A stretch of DNA of 61,446 nt, counting the filler. It is 5 parts of 5 records of this genome, joined end to end, with 100 filler letters (N's around TTAATTAATTAA, not from the genome) between each part and the next. Parts side by side here need not be neighbours in the genome. Positions count along the whole stretch, not along the records: positions 44,904 to 51,567 come from SRR31156797_971; positions 51,668 to 61,446 come from SRR31156797_1015; 3 more parts are not named here. One strand, given 5' to 3'. Positions 47,578 through 56,155 of this stretch are shown here, one piece after another. The position numbers were made by a program, and so were the translations under genes. The notes under the pieces are model-generated. The model searched no databases. It saw only the letters and a program-made list of their open reading frames with translations, and was not told the origin of the DNA. Position 1 is the first letter of the stretch; the number at the start of each line of letters is the position of its first letter.

Positions 47578-48809
47578 ATGATGAAAAAACGATCTCTTTC
47601 AATCTTTTTCCTGATCGTCTTTTTTCTCTTTTCGGGCTTGTCCCATGCCCAGTCCGGGTTTGACGATGATCGGGTGATGCTCCAGGGATTTTACTGGGAA
47701 TCCTACCGCCATGGCATGCCGGAGCGATTCCCGGATTTCGGTCCAAAGAGATGGTACGACATTGTAAAAAAACAGGCCCCGGCCATGGGCGAGGGCCGCT
47801 TTGACCTGATCTGGCTTCCGCCGCCCTCTTTTGCCGGAGAAAACAGTGCCGGGTACAATCCCAAAGAGTATTTCAACCTGAACAATTCCTACGGCAGCAT
47901 GGCCCAGCACCGGGCCATGCTGAAAAGCCTGCTTGGGAACGGAATTGAGCCGGTGGCGGACATTGTCATCAATCACCGGGACGGCGGGTGGGATGGGCGG
48001 ATTTCAAAAATCCGGACTGGGGCACCTGGGCCATTACCGCCGGAGACGAAGCCTTTTCAAACCCGGCATCCGAGGTGTACGACACCCCGAAATCCCGGCG
48101 GGGGGCGGCCGAGGAAAGCACCTCCGCCTACACCGGCCCTGGGGGCACCAGCAATGGGTACGAATCGTTCCGCGACATCGACCATACCAACCGAACCGTG
48201 CGGCGGGACATCATTAGGTATCTGCTACAGCTGAAGTCCCTTGGTTACCGAGGCTGGCGCTACGACATGGTGCATGGGTACCACGTCAAATGGATCGCCC
48301 TGTACAACAGGGCCACCCGGCCCACCTTTTCCGTGGGGGAATATGACTGGGAGGACCATCCTGAACAGCGCGGCTGGATCTGGCACAGCGCCACAACCCC
48401 CAACGACCTGGGCACATCAAGCAATGTGTTTGACTTTTCGACCTTCTTCACCCTTAAAGACAACAAGGGCAACTACAGACGCCTGTACGGCTACGGCAAC
48501 GGTATCGGCATGGTGGGCGACATGACCGACGGCCATCCCTGGAAAAACAAGGCGGTCACCTTTATCAAAAACCATGATACCGGATACCGCACCAACGAAG
48601 ACGGCACCCCCCAGGCCCATCACGAATCCGAAAATTTTCACAATGACTGGCAGGTGGAACAGGGATACGCCCATGGCAGCGGCTGGAAGGTGTGGGTAAG
48701 CATTAACGGTAATCCCCCGGTCCGCCAGGCCCCGCTGAAAGAGCCATTCCCGGTTCCGGCTTATCGGGATCCGGACGAAATTGACGTGCCCGATGCCTGG
48801 TTGGATTGA
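47578..48809 (+). pseudogene. GH13 alpha-amylase, frameshifted and apparently internally deleted
   Basis: Frame 1 carries the signal peptide, LQGFYWES, IWLPPPS, GYNP and ADIVINHR. After about 47985 the homology continues in another frame (DIDH, GWRYDMVHG, VGEYDW, NHDTG), then jumps from QGYAH to GSGWKVWV. Confidence 0.82.
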
Positions 48810-48835
48810 TTTTAAATATAGATTAGGAGAGAGCC

Positions 48836-51292
48836 ATGACCATGTTTCTCAGCAGCACCCATTTTCCTGCAGTTTCGGTTGAAGAAAAAGAGTCTCTGGA
48901 AGCGGCACTGAACACCATCCTGGAAACGGACCTCCAGGGCGACTTCTACGGAATGCTGGGCGATTACCAGAAGATCCTGGCCGACAACACCCGGCGCAGC
49001 GACTGGTCTGAGATCCACGGAAAGCTTCGCACCCTCTTCATGTGCGGAAAATCCGTCCCCTTGGACGGGCCGATGATCGGCATCACCATGTCCATCCGGG
49101 ACAGCGACTATTTCAAGAAAACCGTGGCCCATTTGGGCGAGGAACGCTCGCGCATTGCCGGCATCGAATGGATGGCCACGGCCTGGAACATGACATTTGC
49201 CGATACCGGTCTGTGGATGGGCAAAACCTTTGAACCGGTTGCCAAAGACACCATGGCTGAAAAATGCGGAAACGACAGCCACGCCATGGCGGCGTTCAAT
49301 CCGGAAATCACCCGCATCGGCCGTAATTATTTCCGCGACCCGGTGCCCCCGGACCTGATCCAGTCCCTCGGCATACCGGCCCTCACGCCCATGTGGAATC
49401 TGCGTGACCGCCCCCTGTCAACGGCTGCGGAGGGATTTGACGGAAGGCTGACCGTTGAAAACCTTACAAATGAAAAAAACATCCCTTACAATAAAACAGG
49501 GGGATTATTCCTGGCAGACACGAACCGGTCGGTGGTGCCGGAGATGAACGGTAAGGAGGTCTACCAGCTCAACTACCGCTGGCCTGCCCTGGGGCCGGTC
49601 TATCCCTTAACCCGCCTGGTCGATGAAATCGTGCAGATCCATGAGGGCATCTATCTGGGCCAGCTGGTTTTTGCCACCCGCCATTACAGCCTGGGTAACC
49701 TGCGCCTGCCCTTCTGCCCGGACCTCCCGGAGATCCCTGTGGGCGAGCCCTACGAACCGCACAAAAAACATCCCCTTGGTTTTCTCTGGAAACGATTTTT
49801 AGATCAGGAAGAGGAAATGGACTACGGCTACCAGAACAACGGCTATTTCCTCATGTTGGACCCGGCCTATGCAAAACAGGTGTATGCGGACCAGGCTTTT
49901 CCCCAGCTTCGTCCCCACCCGGGTGAAAGCGGTTATGCTGATCTTGGTTACAAAGAACGACCGGATGTCCTGAACATTTCCCCGGGTCCGGCCGAACCGG
50001 GTTCCATGGAAATTACCGACTGGGTCAACGGCTGGAAAGCAGACAAAGAACTGAATGACAAATTCACCACCTTTATTCTGGAGCCATCTCCAAAGGAATC
50101 GGACACGGATGATGTACAAGGGATACGAAAGAACGATGAATCAATACTTCAGATGGTCCAGAGAATCAGCTCAGACATTTCCAAACGCACAAAAAAAGAC
50201 GACCGGCTGCACCATTTTGAAAAACTGCATCGCCTTTTCCGCAGGGGCGTGGCCCCAAAGGTGGAAAACGGCGTTTTCAGGGGCCATGGCAAAAAAGGCT
50301 ACAATATACAGGCCAACGGCAGGCAGGAACGGGGTTGGTACGGGCACAGGGAACCGGCCCGCGGTTTTGATTATTACCACGGTGCGAACCTGAACCTGCA
50401 CCTGGGCTTTAAGGATACCTTTTGCCCGAATCCCGATGCCGATTTCGACAAAAGCCAGCTTTTTCCGAGCACCTTTGCCGACGTGCTGGAACATGGAACC
50501 GTCAGCCCCAACATCCTGAACATGATCTGGCACAGTATCGGCAAATACATTTTTCCCTGGGCAGGCAAGTCCTATGAAAAAATCAGCGGCCGCAAATTGA
50601 GCATGCTTCTGGACGAAAGCGACGATCTTGAGACACGCTATCCTGAAAGGGTGAAAGAACTGAAAGCCTGTCTTGCCAGCGCCCCCCATTCAGACCTGGT
50701 CCTGAAAAACAAAAATCACTTCTGGCAGAAACAAGGCCCCTACGCCGCCCATTTGAAATCCGGCCCCTGGGACGGAGGGATGACTGATACGGACAAGGCC
50801 TTCTGGGAAAAAGAGGCGAACGAGCGCTGGGTGGACGGCAATAACATCGAGGACGCACGTATTGTTGCAGCCGACCCGCTCATGCGCGTCATTGATATGA
50901 ATCACCGGGTTCCCGACCCGTACCTCCAGGGGCTTTCGGAAAAAAGTCCATCGCCCTTTGCCAGGCAGGGTTACATTTTCCTCGGCACATCGGACCGGGA
51001 ATCGATCCTTCCCATGAACAGCGGAGAAACCAACAAGAAAAAAGTGTTCCAGTTCCACTACCGTTATCCCATGGTGGGGGGACCTGCGCCCATTGGCCTG
51101 TGCCTTGATGAAATCGTGGAAATAGCAGACGGTCTGTTCCTGGGACAGCTGATTTATTCAACGGCACTGCACGTGCCGTTTCACTCATCCGTTGATCCGG
51201 CAGAGTACAAATACCAGCTGTTCGGTTATTTCCTGCTGCTTGACGATACCTGGCAATACCACCGCCTGGCCATAAAACTCGACACACTTTAA
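48836..51292 (+). CDS. Hypothetical 818-aa protein with an internal duplication
   Basis: Long ORF with AGGAG RBS and two homologous halves (see findings). Confidence 0.85.
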   Translation: MTMFLSSTHFPAVSVEEKESLEAALNTILETDLQGDFYGMLGDYQKILADNTRRSDWSEIHGKLRTLFMCGKSVPLDGPMIGITMSIRDSDYFKKTVAHLGEERSRIAGIEWMATAWNMTFADTGLWMGKTFEPVAKDTMAEKCGNDSHAMAAFNPEITRIGRNYFRDPVPPDLIQSLGIPALTPMWNLRDRPLSTAAEGFDGRLTVENLTNEKNIPYNKTGGLFLADTNRSVVPEMNGKEVYQLNYRWPALGPVYPLTRLVDEIVQIHEGIYLGQLVFATRHYSLGNLRLPFCPDLPEIPVGEPYEPHKKHPLGFLWKRFLDQEEEMDYGYQNNGYFLMLDPAYAKQVYADQAFPQLRPHPGESGYADLGYKERPDVLNISPGPAEPGSMEITDWVNGWKADKELNDKFTTFILEPSPKESDTDDVQGIRKNDESILQMVQRISSDISKRTKKDDRLHHFEKLHRLFRRGVAPKVENGVFRGHGKKGYNIQANGRQERGWYGHREPARGFDYYHGANLNLHLGFKDTFCPNPDADFDKSQLFPSTFADVLEHGTVSPNILNMIWHSIGKYIFPWAGKSYEKISGRKLSMLLDESDDLETRYPERVKELKACLASAPHSDLVLKNKNHFWQKQGPYAAHLKSGPWDGGMTDTDKAFWEKEANERWVDGNNIEDARIVAADPLMRVIDMNHRVPDPYLQGLSEKSPSPFARQGYIFLGTSDRESILPMNSGETNKKKVFQFHYRYPMVGGPAPIGLCLDEIVEIADGLFLGQLIYSTALHVPFHSSVDPAEYKYQLFGYFLLLDDTWQYHRLAIKLDTL

Positions 51293-51370
51293 AGTGTAAA
51301 GAGAATGCCCATAGAATTATAAGTTTCTTCTTAGAAAAAGGTACAATTTTAAGGGCGTCCCCATCGGTAC

Positions 51371-51408
51371 AAAAAAAGGGCCCCCGAACCTGCTTAACGG
51401 GGGCCCTT
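51371..51408 (-). terminator. Intrinsic terminator
   Basis: 11-bp stem AAGGGCCCCCG/CGGGGGCCCTT with T7 on the minus strand. Confidence 0.8.
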
Positions 51409-51445
51409 GAACCAATGCAAGGTGGCAATCGTGGACCGACCCTGC
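51371..51445 (-). ncRNA. Candidate small RNA (about 75 nt)
   Basis: Minus-strand TTGGCA-N17-TACAGT with extended -10 (51452-51480), a 5' stem-loop, and terminator AAGGGCCCCCG...CGGGGGCCC-T7. Confidence 0.4.
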
Positions 51446-51499
51446 AAGAACACTGTACCACGATCAGACCGCCATGCCAAAATCAAATTCCTCCAAAAC

Positions 51500-51536
51500 A
51501 AAAAAAGCCCTGACCATGTTTCCATGATCAGGGCTT
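51500..51536 (-). terminator. rRNA operon terminator
   Basis: AAGCCCTGA/TCAGGGCTT stem with T7 on the minus strand, just downstream of 5S. Confidence 0.8.
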
Positions 51537-51548
51537 ATATAAAGATAA

Positions 51549-51567
51549 TCCGGCGGCGTCCTACTCT
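51549..51567 (-). rRNA. rrf: 5S rRNA, 3' fragment
   Basis: Reverse complement AGAGTAGGACGCCGCCGGA matches the conserved 5S 3' end. It sits at a contig break and is followed by a terminator. Confidence 0.75.
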
Positions 51568-51667
51568 NNNNNNNNNNNNNNNNNNNNNNNNNNNNNNNNN
51601 NNNNNNNNNNNTTAATTAATTAANNNNNNNNNNNNNNNNNNNNNNNNNNNNNNNNNNNNNNNNNNNN
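51568..51667. other. Artificial contig linker
   Basis: N run, TTAATTAATTAA, N run. Confidence 0.98.
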
Positions 51668-52726
51668 TCTCTGTTCATCGCCATGGATCCCTATGAACTG
51701 CGTCTGGAAGTCCTGGTCAGGCTTTCCTCCCTGATTCGGGAAGAGGACAGTCTGGCAGCTGAGGAGCAGGGCGTCCTGCTGAAGGAGCTGGAGGAGGAGC
51801 TGGCACGGGAGCTGTCGGTCGAAATCGACGGCGAAGAGGGGAAACCCTTAAGGATCGAAGCCTCTTTTGTTCAGGTCATGAACAATGGCATTGCCCTTCG
51901 CAGCGAGGCCGTTGAGGAAAGCGGGGAAGACGGGCTCATCGGGGTAACCCTGATCTACGGCAGTGATGAGATTCCCGGATCTCTGAGATTGGGATGGGAT
52001 TTCTTCCCTCCCGGCATCGGCGATCTGCCCGTCAGGATGGCCGCTCCCTGGGAGGACCGTGCTTTCGTTCTCAGCCTTGAGAACAGGGAGATCGAGTGGG
52101 AAGGCGTGTCCTCTTCCGCCTTGAGTCCTTCCGTCATTCCCTCTGCCGGACTGAGGCTGCCCGTTCTCTCTCTGGTGCTGTTCCTGGCCGGCCTGGTCAT
52201 TCTGGTTTTCGGACGCGGAAAGGGAACGGTTCTCCTCCCGATTCTGCTTGCTCTGGCACTCCTTTTCTACCCCCGGGTCCGCTTGACCCTTCCCGGCCCC
52301 CTGAGGCTGAGCGCCGGAAGCAGGGAGAATATGGTCCTTATTCTGGACGGCCTGCTGGGCAATCTTTACCGCTCCTTTGAACTCCGGGATGAGGGCATGG
52401 TTTATGACCGGCTGGCCCTGACTGTGGAGGGGGAGTTCCTCCAGGAGGTCTTCCTCCAGAACAGAAGGGCCATGATACTGGAGGAGCGCGGCGGAGCCAG
52501 GGCCAGGGTGGAAGACGTGACCATGCTTTCCGCCGAGTACGAAGGACCTTCGGAGGACGGCGGAATCGTGGTGAACGCCCGGTGGACGGTCAGTGGAGCG
52601 GTCTCCCATTTCGGACACACCCATTACAGAAGGAACCGCTATGAGGGGGATGTCTCTCTCGTCCGCAACGGATCCAGCTGGAGGATCTCGGGCATCTCTC
52701 TGAGGGAGGAGGAGCGGGAGCTCTGA
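51668..52726 (+). CDS. Hypothetical membrane protein, probably 5'-truncated, with a possible C-terminal NTF2/SnoaL-like domain
   Basis: The frame is open from the contig start. Two TM helices, then YDRLA...WTVSGAVSHFGHTHYRRNRY...SWRI. Confidence 0.65.
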   Translation, partial: SLFIAMDPYELRLEVLVRLSSLIREEDSLAAEEQGVLLKELEEELARELSVEIDGEEGKPLRIEASFVQVMNNGIALRSEAVEESGEDGLIGVTLIYGSDEIPGSLRLGWDFFPPGIGDLPVRMAAPWEDRAFVLSLENREIEWEGVSSSALSPSVIPSAGLRLPVLSLVLFLAGLVILVFGRGKGTVLLPILLALALLFYPRVRLTLPGPLRLSAGSRENMVLILDGLLGNLYRSFELRDEGMVYDRLALTVEGEFLQEVFLQNRRAMILEERGGARARVEDVTMLSAEYEGPSEDGGIVVNARWTVSGAVSHFGHTHYRRNRYEGDVSLVRNGSSWRISGISLREEEREL

Positions 52727-52772
52727 AATTCCGGTTTCGGTTTTCCCGAATGCTGTATACAATGGATGAGAT

Positions 52773-54590
52773 ATGCTCATGAAGAACTTCAGCCACAACT
52801 TCACATTCAGGCTTCTGTTTATCATCTTCTGCATCGTCGGCGTCGGATTCATCGGGATGCAGCTCTCGTTGAACGCCTTCATAAACTCTCAGGTATCCAA
52901 GGAGAAGCAGACCATGCTTTTCGGTCTGGCCCGGCTTCTGGATAACGCCCTGTCCGGCAGCTTTGAGGATATTCTGGAGGAGTATGGCGCTCTGGATGCC
53001 GACAGGGAGGGACAGATCGGCATCCTGAACAGGAACCTGCAGGGCATAACGGATTTCGTGGCCTCCGGCAATGAGGGGGTGGGAGTCGGCTATTACAGCA
53101 GAAAACTGGACTCCATCATAACCTACGGTCCCTATGAGGAATTCAGGCATACCATAGGCCAGGCCATTTTCGAGGGGCATAAGGGCTATGAGGTCATGGA
53201 GACGGGCCGGGCCATGGTTCAGAAGGGCGAGCTTGTCAGGGGCAGCATCCTGAACTGTATGACTCCCATTATCCGCAACGGAAATGTGATCGGCTATATC
53301 TGGGCCAACGTCACCCTTGAGGACCTCTCACAGCAGATGACCAAGCTAAACAACCAGATGCTTTTTCTGCTGATACTCACCTTTACGGTTATCTATACGG
53401 CTGTGGTCTTCACCACCCAGCGCTTCGTGGGGGAGATCGACATTATCAGGTCCGGGATCCAGCAGGTCATCAAGGAGCCCCAGCACAGGCTTCCCCATCT
53501 CCAGGGCGAGTTGAATATGGTTGTGGAAAAGGTGAACGAACTGTCGGACAGCGTGGCCCTGTACAAATCCTATAACCATTATGTATTGAGCAGCGTGACC
53601 AACGGCGTTCTGGCCGTAACGGAGACGGGTATAGTCGCCCTGGCGAATCCGTCGTTCCGGAGGCTCTTCCACCTGGACGGTCGGGAGATTACCGGGAAGC
53701 GCCTGACCGATCTCTTCGACGACTCTCTGGTCGAAAGCATCCGGTCCATTAATGACAAGGGCGGCAGCGATGAGGCCAGGACCTTTACCTACGAACAGAA
53801 GATCTTCGAATGCTACGGCAACAGGATCGTCAGTGACAGCGGCAACAGCCTGGGGAACGCCTATGTCCTCAAGGATATTACGGTGATGAGGCAGTATGAA
53901 AAGGAGCTGCAGGAGAGGGAGCGCATGGTCACCCTGGGCGAGATGGGGCTCAACCTCGCCCACGAAATAAAGAATCCCCTGACCTCGGTAAAGGGGTTCA
54001 CCCAGCTGATGCAGCACAGGAAGATCAGCGAAGAGCAGAAGCAGTATTATCTGGGGCTGATGAATGAAGAACTGGAAAGGGTGAACACCCTGCTCAACGA
54101 TATGCTGACCTATGGCGGCCGGCATAAGGTCCACCCCGAATCCGTGAATCTGAGGGAGCTCCTGGAGGAGCTGAAGGTCATCTATCAGGTTACCTATCCC
54201 GGCGTGGCCTTTGAGCTGGAGGGGGACGATCCGAGGCCTCCCGGTATCGTTCTGGACAGGTCGAAGATCATTCAGCTTATCGACAACCTGGTGAAGAACA
54301 GCGTCGATGCGGGAGCGCTGCATGTGCGTATCAATATGACCCGGGATGATGGTTTCGTATGGATCAGGATAAGAGACGACGGATCCGGCATCCCCGAGGA
54401 TATCAGGGAGAAAATCTTCACACCTTTCTTTACCACAAAGGAGAGCGGAACGGGCTTCGGCCTGTCTCTTTGCGCCGAGGTGGCCTCCATCCACGGAGGA
54501 GGTCTGACGGTGGAATCCACACCCGGTGAGTATACCGAATTTGCCTTGAGACTGAATCCCGATTTCATGGAGAGCCTGGATGACGATTAA
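52773..54590 (+). CDS. atoS: PAS-containing sensor histidine kinase, AtoS-like
   Basis: Two TM helices, PAS-like region, LAHEIKNPLT, NLVKNS, DDGSGI, FTPFFTTK and GTGFGL; upstream of the ato genes. Confidence 0.8.
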   Translation: MLMKNFSHNFTFRLLFIIFCIVGVGFIGMQLSLNAFINSQVSKEKQTMLFGLARLLDNALSGSFEDILEEYGALDADREGQIGILNRNLQGITDFVASGNEGVGVGYYSRKLDSIITYGPYEEFRHTIGQAIFEGHKGYEVMETGRAMVQKGELVRGSILNCMTPIIRNGNVIGYIWANVTLEDLSQQMTKLNNQMLFLLILTFTVIYTAVVFTTQRFVGEIDIIRSGIQQVIKEPQHRLPHLQGELNMVVEKVNELSDSVALYKSYNHYVLSSVTNGVLAVTETGIVALANPSFRRLFHLDGREITGKRLTDLFDDSLVESIRSINDKGGSDEARTFTYEQKIFECYGNRIVSDSGNSLGNAYVLKDITVMRQYEKELQERERMVTLGEMGLNLAHEIKNPLTSVKGFTQLMQHRKISEEQKQYYLGLMNEELERVNTLLNDMLTYGGRHKVHPESVNLRELLEELKVIYQVTYPGVAFELEGDDPRPPGIVLDRSKIIQLIDNLVKNSVDAGALHVRINMTRDDGFVWIRIRDDGSGIPEDIREKIFTPFFTTKESGTGFGLSLCAEVASIHGGGLTVESTPGEYTEFALRLNPDFMESLDDD

Positions 54591-55920
54591 AGTTCTGGTT
54601 GTAGACGATGAGAAAAACGTAAGGATCTTCCTTTCGGAGCTGTTCAGTACCGAAGACTACGACGTGGTCGCGGTTGAGAACGGAAAGGAGGCCCTGAAGA
54701 AGAGTCAAACCTGGCAGCCCCACATCATCCTTCTCGATCTCAATCTGCCCGATATCAGCGGTATCGACCTGATCAAACCCCTGAAGGAGAACTGCCCCGG
54801 TTCAGAGATCATCGTTATATCGGCTCTGGGAACCGTGGATAACGCGGTGAGGACGATAAAGTCCGGGGCCTATGACTTCATAACAAAGCCCTTTGAGCTG
54901 GAAAACGTGCTGGTCACCATGAATCGCTGCCTCGAGCATATCTCTCTGAAGCGGGAGAACCGTATCCTGAAGGAGATGAAGTCGGGCGACGGGGACATCC
55001 ATATCTTCAAGGGGGAGGATCCCGCCATCCAGGCCATCCGGAAGAAGATAGAGAAGCTCTCGGGAACGGACGTTCCCATTTTGATAACCGGAGAAACGGG
55101 TACGGGAAAGAACATCCTGGCGACCCAGATCCACTGGAACCTGAGCGGGAAGGACGCTCCCCTGGTCTACACCAACTGCGCCACCCTGTCGGAGAATCTA
55201 TTTGAGTCGGAACTCTTCGGTCATGAAAAAGGTTCCTTTACCGGAGCGGAGAAGCGGAAGAAGGGCCGGGTAGAAGAGGCCGAAGGGGGAACCCTGGTTC
55301 TGGATGAGATCATGGAAATACCCTATAAGCTTCAGGCGAAGCTGCTGACTTTTCTTCAGGACCGGACCTTCTACAGGGTCGGCGGTCATCAGGAGCTTAA
55401 GGTGAACACCCGGGTCATCGCCCTCACCAACAGAGATCCGGCGGAGGAGATTGGCAGGGGTAACTTCAGAAAAGACCTTTATTACCGCCTCAATGTCATC
55501 AACTTCCATATCCCTCCCCTCAGGGAGAGGCGGGGGGACATAGCCCTGCTGGCGGACCATTTTATCGACTCCTTTACAAGCCGATACGGGGACAGAGGCT
55601 GTCGGCTGGACGAAGCAAGCCGCAGGATCCTGACAGGCGCTGACTGGCCTGGAAATACGAGGGAGCTGAAAAACACCCTGGAGCAGGCCTTCATCTACAG
55701 CGAAGAGGGCCGGATCGATCTTGCTGAAATCATCAATGAAAACGATGAAGAGGCGGATGGGGGGCTGAAGCTGAAGGAACAGCTCCAGCTTCAGGAGAAA
55801 AAACTGATCACCACCGCTCTGGCCCGCTGTCAGGGGAGCCGGAAGAAGGTGGCCGAAGAGCTGGGCATCAGCCTGAGAAACCTCCACTATAAACTGAGTC
55901 AGTACGATATCGATTTGTAG
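54580..55920 (+). CDS. atoC: Sigma54-dependent response regulator, AtoC-like
   Basis: Receiver domain (VVDDE, LLDLNLP, ITKP), GETGTGK, ESELFGHEKGSFTGA, FRKDLYYRLNV, WPGNTREL and Fis-type HTH. Confidence 0.82.
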   Translation: MTIKVLVVDDEKNVRIFLSELFSTEDYDVVAVENGKEALKKSQTWQPHIILLDLNLPDISGIDLIKPLKENCPGSEIIVISALGTVDNAVRTIKSGAYDFITKPFELENVLVTMNRCLEHISLKRENRILKEMKSGDGDIHIFKGEDPAIQAIRKKIEKLSGTDVPILITGETGTGKNILATQIHWNLSGKDAPLVYTNCATLSENLFESELFGHEKGSFTGAEKRKKGRVEEAEGGTLVLDEIMEIPYKLQAKLLTFLQDRTFYRVGGHQELKVNTRVIALTNRDPAEEIGRGNFRKDLYYRLNVINFHIPPLRERRGDIALLADHFIDSFTSRYGDRGCRLDEASRRILTGADWPGNTRELKNTLEQAFIYSEEGRIDLAEIINENDEEADGGLKLKEQLQLQEKKLITTALARCQGSRKKVAEELGISLRNLHYKLSQYDIDL

Positions 55921-55938
55921 GTTCCTTTCGGGATGAAT

Positions 55939-55986
55939 TCTGCATTTTTTTGCAGATCTTTCCGGCCGGCTCTGCATTTTTCTGCA
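55939..55986 (+). promoter_or_regulatory. Tandem AtoC-type enhancer sites
   Basis: Two TGCA-N6-TGCA palindromes at 55941-55954 and 55973-55986, 32 bp apart. Confidence 0.7.
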
Positions 55987-56103
55987 TGGAATCCTCCTTT
56001 CCCCTGGTACAGGATTTTTTTTCATATACATCTTTCTTCTCTATATCGTTACAGATTAAACAGTTAGAAATCTTTCCCTGAATTGAGGCCGGAGTGCGTA
56101 TTG

Positions 56104-56119
56104 TGGCACAGCCCTTGCA
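56104..56119 (+). promoter_or_regulatory. Sigma54 promoter of the ato operon
   Basis: TGGCAC-AGCCC-TTGCA. Confidence 0.88.
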
Positions 56120-56155
56120 ATGATGGAGTCATACATTTAAGGGAGGTATCAATTA

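Noticed and set aside
51371-51480. Assignment as 6S RNA
   Set aside because: Only a short 3'-like motif matches. There is no room for an approximately 180-nt rod and no complementary 5' arm.
16566-51667. Four recurrences of TTAATTAATTAA flanked by N runs
   Set aside because: Identical 100-nt artificial linkers with stops in all six frames. They are not biological repeats, and ORFs containing X (23389-23667, 51407-51619) are artefacts.
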